A stretch of DNA of 64,000 nt from a candidate division WOR-3 bacterium UBA5631 (GTDB taxonomy: Bacteria; Hydrothermota; Hydrothermia; UBA1063): NCBI GenBank assembly GCA_002421425.1, contig DIJZ01000024.1:349-64348 (forward strand). Direction: 5' to 3'. Position 1 is the first letter of the stretch, and every line of letters starts with the position of its first letter. Made by a program: the position numbers and the translations under genes. This document shows positions 1 through 9,450 of this stretch, in pieces. The notes below the pieces were generated by a model that searched no databases, had not been told where the DNA came from, and was given only the letters and a program-made list of their open reading frames with translations.

Positions 1-52
1 GACAGTACAGTTAAAATAACTAATAATTCTACCATAACACGGAGGTTTAGAA

Positions 53-229
53 ATGCCAAAGGAAGAAGAGGGGAAGAAAGGGTCAGGGTTCAAGGTTGGA
101 TATATACTTATACCGATTCTCATTGCAGTAATTGCATTTATTGTCTATACTTTGATTCAGTACCTCCAATGGACCTCAGAATCCACAAAAGAAATTGAAT
201 GGTCTGAAAAGGACATTAATATAGGGTAA
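53..229 (+). CDS. small hypothetical single-pass membrane protein (58 aa), not in ORF track
   Basis: ATG at 53 lies 8 nt after GGAGG (41-45). It translates to MPKEEEGKKGSGFKVGYILIPILIAVIAFIVYTLIQYLQWTSESTKEIEWSEKDINIG*, with one clear hydrophobic helix and a charged N-terminus. It sits in otherwise empty sequence upstream of tRNA-Phe. Confidence 0.3.
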   Translation: MPKEEEGKKGSGFKVGYILIPILIAVIAFIVYTLIQYLQWTSESTKEIEWSEKDINIG

Positions 230-296
230 CACCGAGAAATATTTCAAAAAATTCAGCAGTCTCGATTTAAGTCAAACTTTGTTGTGAAATAAAAAA

Positions 297-369
297 TGCC
301 GGGGCCCAGAATTGAACTGGGGACACCAGGATTTTCAGTCCTGTGCTCTACCTACTGAGCTACCCCGGC
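297..369 (-). tRNA. tRNA-Phe (anticodon GAA)
   Basis: The reverse complement reads GCCGGGGTAGCTCAGTAGGTAGAGCACAGGACTGAAAATCCTGGTGTCCCCAGTTCAATTCTGGGCCCCGGCA. It has a 7-bp acceptor stem, GTTCAAT T-loop, anticodon loop cT-GAA-AA and discriminator A. CCA is not encoded. Confidence 0.9.
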
Positions 370-458
370 ATAATGTGTAAGTTCTCTTATTCTATTATAT
401 ACATCTGGTAAAGTCAAGAAAGTAGAACCGGAATAGCATAACTCGAGATGGCACTGAT

Positions 459-1067
459 CTAAAAATTGTAGTAGAATCCTATGCCCATTCCGACGCCTGC
501 ATAATTATACTCGTAGAAGTAATCACGAGTCCAGGGCCTTCCTCCTATAAGCTTTCTATAGTAAAGATTTAGAAGTTCAATCTGCAGTGTGAAATCATCT
601 TCTATATCTGTAGCCTTTCTCCTGAGTCTAGACGATTCCTCAAACAGTCCTTTTAAAAAGGAAAAAGGATAAATGTAAAGTCCAACGCCACCAATGCCAC
701 CGAGAGTTTTGTACTGGTAAGATTCCCAAAATAGAGAATCTTCGTTGAATACCCAGGCTTTCTCTGATGTACCTCCAACTCCAAAGGTTACATAAGGTCG
801 AATCCCTTTCTTTACCCCAAAGGGATACTCTACACGAAATTCGCCCTTTGCCCAGTGAAACTGCCCAACAGTGTCATAACTCGTATAGGAAGTGTCGTCC
901 AATGCGTTCCAACTAACGTAATTCCTTTCCCCCGCTCTTCCAGAAAGAATGAGTGCAAAGGTCCATCCTCCTGAACTGGAATATTTCACTGTTGCGCCTT
1001 GAGCAATAGGATCTGCAAAGACTCCAAGGGACCACCTCGAGACTATATATAATAATATCAAGCCCAT
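459..1067 (-). CDS. hypothetical secreted protein, putative outer-membrane beta-barrel
   Basis: The N-terminus is signal-peptide-like (…GVFA/DP). The sequence is Gly/Tyr/aromatic-rich with alternating hydrophobic residues, and it ends in YYNF with a terminal Phe typical of OMP beta-barrels. Confidence 0.45.
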   Translation of the reverse strand: MGLILLYIVSRWSLGVFADPIAQGATVKYSSSGGWTFALILSGRAGERNYVSWNALDDTSYTSYDTVGQFHWAKGEFRVEYPFGVKKGIRPYVTFGVGGTSEKAWVFNEDSLFWESYQYKTLGGIGGVGLYIYPFSFLKGLFEESSRLRRKATDIEDDFTLQIELLNLYYRKLIGGRPWTRDYFYEYNYAGVGMGIGFYYNF

Positions 1068-1154
1068 TTCTACCTCCCGATGAGATAATATAAACTAAAC
1101 CTGTTGAATCTTAAAAATCTTAAATTTTAGAATTTGCGACTTTTGAATGAAAAT

Positions 1155-1949
1155 ATGACGTTGATGAAAGGGAACAAAAGTATCAAAGCACTGCAGAAGA
1201 AAATGTTAGATAGCATCAGAAAAGCGGATATTTACTTTGAGTTTTTCGAAAAAGAATCTAATTTCGTCGCAGGAATATCTGGTGGATTCGACAGCCTTGT
1301 AATGGTTGACCTGATCGCTCACTACAAAGATAAGTACCTAAAAAACGTTAACTTTTTCGCACTTTTCGTGGAAAATGGACTGAAACCGCTTAAGAATCCC
1401 GAAATGGTAAGAAATTTTGTTGAGGAAAGAGGCTTCTCTTTCCATATTATTAAAGACACGGAGACCGCTGACAATATACTTCAGAAGAAAAAGCCCTTCA
1501 ACCCGTGTTTCATCTGCTCAAGAAAGCGCAGGAAAATCCTTCTGGAATTTGCGAGCTCGGTCCAGTCACACAGAGTTCTTCTGGCCCATAACCTGGATGA
1601 TGTGATAGAGACTCTCCTGCTCAATATATTTTATTCCAGAGAAATTAGTACTATGATGCCCATTCAGCCCCTATTCCAGGGACGTTACTTTATCGTAAGA
1701 CCTCTATCACTAATTGAAAGAAACTTAATCATGAAATACGCTTTAGCTCTGGGGATATCTGAAAAACTGGAAGGCACTTGCACTTTTGAAAATTCGAATA
1801 AACGCAAACTGATAAGAGATTATCTTATGACTCTGTATAAGATAGATCCTCGAATTCACACAAACCTGAAGCATTCTTTGTTTAACTGCAACTTTGACTT
1901 TCTATGGTGCAAGTATAAGAATGAAAAGCAACAAATCCATAGCGTTTAA
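1155..1949 (+). CDS. ttcA: PP-loop ATPase, tRNA 2-thiocytidine synthetase TtcA-like
   Basis: It carries the SGGFDS PP-loop and the motif C-x-x-C-SRKRRK, which matches the TtcA CxxC-SR(L/K)RRG signature. The first in-frame ATG is at 1155; the ORF track starts at an upstream TTG at 1134. Confidence 0.65.
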   Translation: MTLMKGNKSIKALQKKMLDSIRKADIYFEFFEKESNFVAGISGGFDSLVMVDLIAHYKDKYLKNVNFFALFVENGLKPLKNPEMVRNFVEERGFSFHIIKDTETADNILQKKKPFNPCFICSRKRRKILLEFASSVQSHRVLLAHNLDDVIETLLLNIFYSREISTMMPIQPLFQGRYFIVRPLSLIERNLIMKYALALGISEKLEGTCTFENSNKRKLIRDYLMTLYKIDPRIHTNLKHSLFNCNFDFLWCKYKNEKQQIHSV

Positions 1950-1984
1950 TTGATTGGTCGATCCCTTGGAATTAAAATATATCG

Positions 1985-2782
1985 ATGAAAAGGATCTACA
2001 ATGTAATAATCACATCGAACTCCGGGGACTTTGTTAGATCTTATTCTATAACTCACAGTAAGTGGAAAGTAATCCGTATTTTACTGTGCATTCTTGCAGT
2101 ACTTATTTTTGTATCTGCACTCTTCTACGGAAGACTATATCTAATGGCGCTCCGAGTTCGAAGTCTTGAGGTTGAAAACAAAATCCTCAGAGAGGAAAAT
2201 GCCAAAGTGAAGGAGCTTCAGAAACAGCTTTATGCTCTGGAAGAACTCAGGGTTAAAATTTACAACATGTTAGGCATTGACAAAACACCAACGATGGAAA
2301 CCGTTTTTACGTTCACTAACCCGGAAAAGCCAAATGAACAGAATATACAGATCACTCAGGAAGACTATGCAAAGGTCTCTTCAGAATTTCAGAAGTACGC
2401 AAAAATTCTTTACGATGAAGAAAGATATGTCCCTCGAGGGATGCCAACTGATGGTTTTGTTTCCCAGAAATATGGAAGCACCCACCGAGGGCTGGACCTT
2501 GTAGCTCCCATAGGTACACCTGTATTGGCCCCCGCCGATGGAATAGCAAAGGATATCAGAGAAGACCGATACCTGGGCCTCGTCTTGACATTGAGCCACG
2601 GTTCAAAATATGAAACCCTATATGGGCATCTGAAGGAAGTTTTAGTGAAAAGAGGGCAGATTGTCAAAAAAGGCGATGTTATAGCCCTCACCGGGAACAG
2701 TGGAATCAGCACCGGACCTCATCTTCATTATGAGATCAAATATATGGGCGAAAACGTAAATCCTGAAAATTACACGCACTAA
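1985..2782 (+). CDS. M23/LytM family metallopeptidase with N-terminal TM and coiled coil
   Basis: The C-terminus carries M23 motifs HRGLDLVAPIGTPVLAPADG and GNSGISTGPHLHYEI. The N-terminal half has a TM helix and a coiled coil (LEVENKILREENAKVKELQKQL). Confidence 0.75.
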   Translation: MKRIYNVIITSNSGDFVRSYSITHSKWKVIRILLCILAVLIFVSALFYGRLYLMALRVRSLEVENKILREENAKVKELQKQLYALEELRVKIYNMLGIDKTPTMETVFTFTNPEKPNEQNIQITQEDYAKVSSEFQKYAKILYDEERYVPRGMPTDGFVSQKYGSTHRGLDLVAPIGTPVLAPADGIAKDIREDRYLGLVLTLSHGSKYETLYGHLKEVLVKRGQIVKKGDVIALTGNSGISTGPHLHYEIKYMGENVNPENYTH

Positions 2783-2787
2783 TCCAG

Positions 2788-4245
2788 ATGAAAATCTTTA
2801 CAGCTGCAAAAATTTTTCTTAATGGAAGCTTTGTTGAGAATCACTCAATCGTTGTAATTAGAGATTTTATTGAAGATATTGTCCCGTCACAAGAATTGGC
2901 CAATTTAAAACAATTTGCCGAAATTTACGATTTCGGAGATTCCTTTATAATTCCTGGATTTATCGACACTCACACTCATATGATCGGCCACGGCCTCAAT
3001 CAGCTCTCCAGCCTAAGCAATTTTAGTTCCTTTAAGGAAGTGAAGGATTATATCTCAGACGCGATCAGACAGCGAGAGGAAGAAGTTTTTATTTTTACGG
3101 ATTTCGATGAGTCCCGATGGAAGGAGCGGAAATTCCCGGAAAAGAAAGATCTCGATGAAATATCAGAAAAGCCTATATTTCTCAGGAGAATCTGCGGTCA
3201 TATCGGAATTGGGAACTCAGCATTTATCGAAATGCTTTCAAAAATGTATCCTTCCGTTGCAGTGAAGCTGAACTACGAAAAAGGTATTTTCTGGGAAGAC
3301 GTCCCACTTCAGATTCATTCATTGTTCCCTCCATCTTCAGAAGCTCTGGAGATGGCCTTTCAGAATGCTCAGAGCGAATTTATCAGGAATGGAATTACAA
3401 CCATCCACGAAATCGGTTCCCTTAGAAATTTCAGATTTTTCCAGGAAATGATGAGAAAGGGAAAGCTCAAATTAAGGTCCAGGTACTACGTTTCCGGAGC
3501 ATCTCCAGAAGATTATAAAAGATGTGGCATAGAATATGGCTTCGGAAATGCTCTTTTTAAGTTTCAAGGATTGAAATACTTTGCAGACGGCTCTGTAGGT
3601 GCTGAGTCTGCACTTTTTTCCTTCGAGTACGGAAGCAAAAAAGAAAAAGGGATGTGGCTTCTACCTGAAAATATGGAAAATATCTTAAGAGAAGCTGTAA
3701 GAGCCAATCTTCAGGTTGCAATCCACGCCATAGGGAACCTTGCAATAAGAGAAGTACTTAATCTTATTGAGAAAATCAACAACGTGAACCTGGTTCGAAT
3801 TGAACACTTCGAATTTCCTGACATGGAGGACATCGAAAGAGCTGCAAAAATGAGCATCAAAATTTCTGTGCAACCAAATTTTGCTCTTAATTGGGGCACT
3901 GAAAATGGCTTATATCAGTCAAAAATTGCTGAACATTACAAGAAAAACAATCCACTGAATACTTTGAAGGAGAAAAACGTGAACTTCGCTTTTGGTTCAG
4001 ACGCAATGCCTCCGTCGCCCCTGTTTGGAATACAGGCTGCTACTGAGCATCCAAACAGAGCTGAGGCAATTGATCTGACAGAAGCCATTCTCAGATATAC
4101 TGCATGGGGCGCATACCTTACAGAGGAAACTAACACGTTGGGAAAAATCGAAAGGGGATACGCAGCAGACTTCGTTGTGACGGATACTGAAATCAAAAAA
4201 ATCAAAGCAACGGTTATTAGCGGAGAAATTATTTCTAATGGATGA
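2788..4245 (+). CDS. amidohydrolase-family metal-dependent hydrolase
   Basis: It has the FIIPGFIDTHTHM metal-binding motif (HxH) and an amidohydrolase-like C-terminus (…FGSDAMP…). Its size of 485 aa fits the family. Confidence 0.65.
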   Translation: MKIFTAAKIFLNGSFVENHSIVVIRDFIEDIVPSQELANLKQFAEIYDFGDSFIIPGFIDTHTHMIGHGLNQLSSLSNFSSFKEVKDYISDAIRQREEEVFIFTDFDESRWKERKFPEKKDLDEISEKPIFLRRICGHIGIGNSAFIEMLSKMYPSVAVKLNYEKGIFWEDVPLQIHSLFPPSSEALEMAFQNAQSEFIRNGITTIHEIGSLRNFRFFQEMMRKGKLKLRSRYYVSGASPEDYKRCGIEYGFGNALFKFQGLKYFADGSVGAESALFSFEYGSKKEKGMWLLPENMENILREAVRANLQVAIHAIGNLAIREVLNLIEKINNVNLVRIEHFEFPDMEDIERAAKMSIKISVQPNFALNWGTENGLYQSKIAEHYKKNNPLNTLKEKNVNFAFGSDAMPPSPLFGIQAATEHPNRAEAIDLTEAILRYTAWGAYLTEETNTLGKIERGYAADFVVTDTEIKKIKATVISGEIISNG

Positions 4246-5269
4246 AGTAATTCAATATCTTGAAAAATACGCAAGCATTGTTGAAATTCAGGATAACATC
4301 TTCACAGTAATTTTCCACGAAAATCCCGACAACTCGATACGAAAGCTCAAGAAGGATCTAAGTAAAAAAGATATTATTTTCAGAGTTACAAGAGAAGGGG
4401 ATTATTATCGTCTGACCTTTGTAGAGTGGAAAGCTCCTAAGAATAATATTCTCGTCCCATTGCTACTCCTCCTCGGCACTATTTTTACAACCCTCGTGGC
4501 AGGGGCGCTGCAGCAGGGTTACATTCCATGGAAGAACTGGTCATATCTTGCAAAAGGTGTACCTTTTTCATTCTCAGTAATTCTTGTTCTCGGTACTCAT
4601 GAACTTGCCCACTTTCTTACCTCCAAAAAGAATGGTATTGCAGCAACGTTACCGTACTTCATACCCTTTCCAAACCCTCTAATTGGAACTATGGGTGCAT
4701 TTATAAGGGTAAAGGCACCGCTTTCTGATAGAAAAGCTCTCTTAGAAATCGGCTCCTCTGGGCCAATAGCGGGGTTTATTATGTCGATCCCGCTTTCAAT
4801 CATTGGATTGCTCCACAGCAAAATAGGAGAAATACGGGAAGGAATGATATCCCTTGGAACGCCGGTTATTTTTCAAATCCTGTCAAGACTATGCCTTGGA
4901 AAGATTCCAGAGTCTTCCTCATTAATCCTGCACCCGATGGCTTTCGCTGGATGGCTTGGATTTTTCGTTACGTCTCTGAACCTAATTCCCATCGGACAGC
5001 TTGATGGAGGTCACATCTTATTTGGAATACTTGGTAAAAAATACCACAATATCTTCTCCCGAATCCTGCTTCTGGCCCTTGTTCCCCTCGGTTTTCTGTG
5101 GAGTGGCTGGTGGATGTGGGCAATTCTTTTACTAATACTTGGGACCAGACATCCAGAACCTCTGTACACCGAGGAAAAACTATCTACTTCGGGATATATT
5201 CTTGCAATGCTATCTATGCTAATATTCGGGCTCACTTTTACCCCAACACCAATCAGGGTGGTACCATGA
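4238..5269 (+). CDS. site-2 protease (M50) family membrane metalloprotease
   Basis: It has an HELAH (HExxH) motif inside a TM helix and an NLIPIGQLDGGH (LDG) motif. It is polytopic. It overlaps the amidohydrolase stop by 8 nt. Confidence 0.65.
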   Translation: MDEVIQYLEKYASIVEIQDNIFTVIFHENPDNSIRKLKKDLSKKDIIFRVTREGDYYRLTFVEWKAPKNNILVPLLLLLGTIFTTLVAGALQQGYIPWKNWSYLAKGVPFSFSVILVLGTHELAHFLTSKKNGIAATLPYFIPFPNPLIGTMGAFIRVKAPLSDRKALLEIGSSGPIAGFIMSIPLSIIGLLHSKIGEIREGMISLGTPVIFQILSRLCLGKIPESSSLILHPMAFAGWLGFFVTSLNLIPIGQLDGGHILFGILGKKYHNIFSRILLLALVPLGFLWSGWWMWAILLLILGTRHPEPLYTEEKLSTSGYILAMLSMLIFGLTFTPTPIRVVP

Positions 5270-5787
5270 AAGTTGCCTGGTGCATTACCGGTGCAGAAAT
5301 GTTCCTCAATGATGTCATTAGCCTAATCCTCGAAATCGGGCCTGAACGGGCAGAAGTTTTCACATCAAAAGCAGCTGAGGAACTCCTTCTGCGATATAAA
5401 CTCATGGAAAAATTCGCACACTTCAAAGTCCATCCCGACGAACAAACGTCGTACTTTCAAGTTAGAAGACTGTTTTCAGGGAAATTCGACATCGTTGTGA
5501 TTGCTCCATGTTCTACAAATACCATCGCAAAAATGGTCCATGGTATTAGCGACAACCTGGTAACCAACATATTCAGCCAGGCAGGAAAAATAAGGTTACC
5601 AATCTACATACTACCAAGTGATACTGCCGAGGTAATGCAGTTTTCAACAAAAAGCGGCAAAACCCATATTCTCTATTTGAGAGAAATTGACAAAGAAAAC
5701 CTCAGAAAATTGAAAAACTTTGAAGGTGTTAAGGTCCTGGACTCATTTATATCTTTCAGAAACGCAGTAATCGAGGCAATACTATGA
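5266..5787 (+). CDS. flavoprotein, UbiX/PAD1/CoaC-like (FMN-binding decarboxylase/prenyltransferase fold)
   Basis: Motifs MKVAWCITGAE and IAPCSTNTIAKMVHGISDNL resemble the flavoprotein family PCSANTLAK signature. I start the CDS at the internal ATG 5266 (ATGA overlap with the upstream gene stop), not at the upstream frame start 5098. Confidence 0.55.
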   Translation: MKVAWCITGAEMFLNDVISLILEIGPERAEVFTSKAAEELLLRYKLMEKFAHFKVHPDEQTSYFQVRRLFSGKFDIVVIAPCSTNTIAKMVHGISDNLVTNIFSQAGKIRLPIYILPSDTAEVMQFSTKSGKTHILYLREIDKENLRKLKNFEGVKVLDSFISFRNAVIEAIL

Positions 5788-7064
5788 AGAAAATTCCTGA
5801 GGTGTGCATTGTAGGGCGTGTGAATACCGGAAAGTCAACTCTTTTTAACAAACTGATTAAGAAACCTCTTGCCATTACTGACTCAAAACCTGGGTTAACC
5901 AGGGACAGGATTAGAAAACTTGTTTCGTACGCCGATGTTCCTTTTTATCTTACTGACACCGGAGGGTTGTATCCACCCGAAGAGGACAGTCTTTGGGAAA
6001 AGGTTCGTGAGAAAATCGAGAAAACTGTTGAAAGCTCAGAGATTGTGCTTTTCGTCGTGGATGCTTCCCAGGGCGTGCTTCCCCATGACTTTGAAATTGC
6101 AGAATGGCTAAGGAAAAAATCTAAAGAAGTAATTGTTGTTGCAAATAAAATTGACATTAAGAAACAGGACCTCCTTTCATTTTATTCGCTGGGCGTTGGA
6201 GATCCCGTGGGGGTATCAGCAACACATAGCACAGGTCTTCAGGATCTTATTGATGCCATTACTCAAAAACTACAAAAGTTGGGATATACCGGTACAACAT
6301 CGGAAGCCACATCTGAAAAACCAAGATTATCTATCCTCGGGAAACCAAATGTGGGTAAAACTTCCCTCTTTAATGCATTATGTGGAGAAGAAATAAATAT
6401 CATATCATCTGTTCCTGGAACCACAAGGGATTCTGTTGACGTTGAAACTGAGGATTTTATTATAGTAGATACTGCTGGGATCCGCAGAAAGTACGACGAT
6501 GCTGTGGAACTTTACGGAGCTATTAGAAGCGAAAGGTCCCTCAGATTTTCAGAGATTGCAATTCTGGTAATCGATGCCTCACAGGAAATTGCAAACATTG
6601 ATAAGAAAATTGCAAACCTTATCGTGAAAGAGGGTAAAGGAATTGTAATTGCCCTCAATAAAGCAGATCTCATCGAGAAGAAGAAAAGGTCATCAGTGCT
6701 GGACTACATGAAAAGAGAGTTTTCTTTTGTAAATTATGCTCCAATGCTTTTTACATCAGCAATTACCGGTGAGGGACTGAATTTGCTCAAAGAAGTGGTG
6801 AGGAATGGGAAAAAATCGTGGGAGAAACAGTTAACAAAAAGGGAAATACAGGGTTTCATGAGAGAGCTCTCTGAAAAATTCCCTTTTTCTGCGTCGGTTA
6901 TCCGAATCAGGCAAGAAGGAATAAGGCCTCCTACCTTCTCGATTCTCACCAACAAGAAGCTGAGAGGAAATGAGCTGAAATTTATTGAGAACCGACTCAG
7001 GGAAATGTACGGATTTTACGGATCGCCACTTAAGTTAAAAAACATAGTACCAGAGAAAAAGTGA
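5784..7064 (+). CDS. der: ribosome-biogenesis GTPase Der (EngA), tandem GTPase domains + KH-like domain
   Basis: It has two P-loops (GRVNTGKSTLFN and GKPNVGKTSLFN), two DTAG/DTGG motifs and NKID/NKAD motifs. ATGA overlap with the upstream gene. Confidence 0.85.
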   Translation: MKKIPEVCIVGRVNTGKSTLFNKLIKKPLAITDSKPGLTRDRIRKLVSYADVPFYLTDTGGLYPPEEDSLWEKVREKIEKTVESSEIVLFVVDASQGVLPHDFEIAEWLRKKSKEVIVVANKIDIKKQDLLSFYSLGVGDPVGVSATHSTGLQDLIDAITQKLQKLGYTGTTSEATSEKPRLSILGKPNVGKTSLFNALCGEEINIISSVPGTTRDSVDVETEDFIIVDTAGIRRKYDDAVELYGAIRSERSLRFSEIAILVIDASQEIANIDKKIANLIVKEGKGIVIALNKADLIEKKKRSSVLDYMKREFSFVNYAPMLFTSAITGEGLNLLKEVVRNGKKSWEKQLTKREIQGFMRELSEKFPFSASVIRIRQEGIRPPTFSILTNKKLRGNELKFIENRLREMYGFYGSPLKLKNIVPEKK

Positions 7065-7132
7065 ACCCCTCTTCATTTTGCGAGTTATGATCAAGATTTC
7101 CTGCCCAAATTCTAGGGGAAATTGGAAAGTAA

Positions 7133-7161
7133 TTGACTTTTATTCAGTGTGAAATTAAAAT
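7133..7161 (+). promoter_or_regulatory. sigma70-like promoter: TTGACT, 17 nt spacer, TAAAAT; 9 nt before pilT ATG
   Basis: TTGACT is at 7133-7138, followed by an exact 17-nt spacer and TAAAAT at 7156-7161. The ATG is at 7171 and there is no SD sequence. Confidence 0.45.
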
Positions 7162-7170
7162 TAATACACT

Positions 7171-8325
7171 ATGGCAATTGACCTTGAGAGATTGTTGCTT
7201 GATGCAAAAGACAAAGAAGCTTCTGATGTCCATATAAAAGTTGGACATCCTCCAATATTCAGAATTTATGGAAAGCTTTACATGAGAGAAAACTATTCAG
7301 TCGTTACGAAAGAAGATACTGAAGAACTTATCAGGCTATATCTTTCTCCAGCAAAGCAGAAAGAACTGAGAGAGCGTTACAGCGTCGATGTAGCTTTTAG
7401 TTTTCCCAACATTGGACGTTTCAGGGTAAATATATACAGTCAGAGAGGAACCTGGTCCTTCGCTATAAGGGCAATCCCTCCACTTATTAAGAACGTTCAA
7501 GATCTGAACTTACCACCGGTACTTGAGAAAATCGCGCTGGAAGATAGGGGACTAATCCTTGTCACAGGTGTCGCAGGATCGGGAAAATCTACAACCCTTG
7601 CAGCAATTTTGAATCACATCAATATGAACAAAACATCACACGTTGTGACAATTGAAGACCCTATCGAATACCTCCTCCGAGATATGAAGAGCATCATAAG
7701 TCAGAGGGAGGTGGGGCTTGATGTTATGAGTTTTGCAGACGGACTGAGAGAAGCCCTCAGACAGGACCCTAACGTAATTATGGTTGGAGAAATTCGAGAT
7801 CAGGAAACTGCTGAAATAGCTCTTCTTGCAGCGGAAACGGGACACCTTGTGATGTCAACACTTCACACATTGGATGCACGTGAAACAATAAACAGAATAG
7901 TAAGCATCTTCCCAGCTCATCAACAGGAGCAGATTCGTCATCAAATGGCATCAGTTCTAAAAGCTATTATCTCGCAGCGCCTTATTCCGAGGGATGATAT
8001 GCCAGGAAGAATCCCGGCCTGTGAAGTGATGATAAATACAGCACGAATCAAGGAAATGATCCTTGATCCAAAGAAAACCCATGAAATCTTTGATGCCATC
8101 GCAGATGGGTACATACCTTATGGTATGCAGACCTTTGACCAATCTCTTTACTATTGGTATAAATTGGGTTACATTTCCGAAGACACGGCCCTGTCCTATG
8201 CAACAAAGAGAGAAGTACTTGAACTCAGAATGAAAGGGATAGCATCAGGAGGAGAGGGCGGTCGCAACTGGGAAATCTTTGAAAGAATGGCATTGAGAAA
8301 AATTAAGGAGAAAGGAGGCATTTAA
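7171..8325 (+). CDS. pilT: type IV pilus retraction ATPase PilT
   Basis: It carries FRVNIYSQRG…AIRAIP, Walker A GVAGSGKSTTLAAIL, Walker B/Asp box, and a His box VMSTLHT. Its length of 384 aa fits PilT. Confidence 0.8.
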   Translation: MAIDLERLLLDAKDKEASDVHIKVGHPPIFRIYGKLYMRENYSVVTKEDTEELIRLYLSPAKQKELRERYSVDVAFSFPNIGRFRVNIYSQRGTWSFAIRAIPPLIKNVQDLNLPPVLEKIALEDRGLILVTGVAGSGKSTTLAAILNHINMNKTSHVVTIEDPIEYLLRDMKSIISQREVGLDVMSFADGLREALRQDPNVIMVGEIRDQETAEIALLAAETGHLVMSTLHTLDARETINRIVSIFPAHQQEQIRHQMASVLKAIISQRLIPRDDMPGRIPACEVMINTARIKEMILDPKKTHEIFDAIADGYIPYGMQTFDQSLYYWYKLGYISEDTALSYATKREVLELRMKGIASGGEGGRNWEIFERMALRKIKEKGGI

Positions 8326-8327
8326 AA

Positions 8328-8696
8328 ATGGCAAAAATTGATGATGTGATGCAGGAATTCCTCGGAAACGTAGATGAAGTCCTCATGTCGATGATTGTAA
8401 ATATGGACGATGCAATCCCAATTACCGGCCATACTACCGATGAATCTATTGATGTCACAGTTCCTCTCGCATTCCTTACAGAAGTTGCAAGGAAAGCTAT
8501 GTCAGCTACTGATAGTTCGGGTCTTGGTTCCTGTGAAGACGTTCTCTTAACCACAAACGAGTATTTCATAATCATACGCATAATCCCTAATTCGAACTAT
8601 GCGCATATTGTCGTTCTAACGAGAAAAGGAAACTGGGGAGTAACGAAAATTTTGATGGGTAAATTCGCGACGAAGTTCAGGGAAGCTTTACCTTAA
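8328..8696 (+). CDS. Roadblock/LC7 domain protein, MglB-like
   Basis: At 122 aa it has an alpha-beta-beta-alpha-like pattern (…VLMSMIVNMDDAIPITGHT…HIVVLTRKG…) typical of the roadblock/LC7 fold. It starts 2 nt after the pilT stop and lies next to mglA. Confidence 0.5.
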   Translation: MAKIDDVMQEFLGNVDEVLMSMIVNMDDAIPITGHTTDESIDVTVPLAFLTEVARKAMSATDSSGLGSCEDVLLTTNEYFIIIRIIPNSNYAHIVVLTRKGNWGVTKILMGKFATKFREALP

Positions 8697-8776
8697 GAAT
8701 TATAGAGAATATAGAACAATTTAAACCCTTCTTTTCTCTGATTATTAACTTTAATAAGCGCTGAATTAAATTTTAA

Positions 8777-9409
8777 TTATTTCTTTTGCTGCTGCTGTTG
8801 CTGATGAATCAGGAAGTTCAGTTGTTGCTGTCTTAAAGAATACTTAACTACTTCGTTGATCATTTGTTGAAGGCACTGAAATACACCCTTCCCCTCGGTA
8901 GCGATGGAGAGAACGTATGGATATTTGTAGATGTTAACTTTCTCCTCCATGACCGGAACAGGAAGAGCATTTGGATCGTCTCTTTTGTTATACTGAACAA
9001 TTATCGGAACTTTTTTAGTAGCAGACCACATCCCAAATTCCGTAAGGGAATCGTGCATTTCCTTGTATATCGCTATGTTTTCTTCAAATCTTTCTGGGTT
9101 CGAGTCAGCGACAAAAATAACTCCATCAGCACCCTTAAGGACCAGTTTCCTTGCTTGTTTATAGAATACTTGACCTGGAACAGTATAAAGGCTGAAGATC
9201 GTCTTATAGCCCTTTAATATAGGAAGTTCTAAGGGCAGTAGATCGAAAAATAGAGTTCTTTCTCCTTTGGTATCAATAGACAGAAGCTGCCCCTTTTTGC
9301 CTGAAAATCTCTCATAAATTCTCTTGATGTTTGTCGTTTTCCCGCTCAAACCAGGACCATAGTATACGATCTTGAACTTTATTTCGTGCTTTTTAAAGTC
9401 AATTAACAC
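8777..9409 (-). CDS. mglA: Ras-like small GTPase MglA with Gln-rich C-terminal tail
   Basis: KIVYYGPGLSGKTTN is the characteristic MglA P-loop, and TKGERTLFFDLLP the switch region (MglA RTLFFDFLP). It has an NKRD G4 motif and a C-terminal QQQLNFLIHQQQQQQKK. Confidence 0.8.
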   Translation of the reverse strand: MLIDFKKHEIKFKIVYYGPGLSGKTTNIKRIYERFSGKKGQLLSIDTKGERTLFFDLLPLELPILKGYKTIFSLYTVPGQVFYKQARKLVLKGADGVIFVADSNPERFEENIAIYKEMHDSLTEFGMWSATKKVPIIVQYNKRDDPNALPVPVMEEKVNIYKYPYVLSIATEGKGVFQCLQQMINEVVKYSLRQQQLNFLIHQQQQQQKK

Positions 9410-9450
9410 AAGAACTCCCCAGATAAATTATAATGTGATTCGAAGGAACT

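Noticed and set aside
5098-5265. N-terminal 56-aa extension of the flavoprotein ORF overlapping the M50 protease gene
   Set aside because: The extension lies in another gene's coding region and lacks flavoprotein similarity. The internal ATG at 5266 gives the conserved MKVAWCITGA N-terminus with an ATGA stop/start overlap.
8864-9217. 117-aa plus-strand ORF antisense to mglA
   Set aside because: It has no RBS and an implausible composition. The opposite strand encodes a strongly supported MglA.
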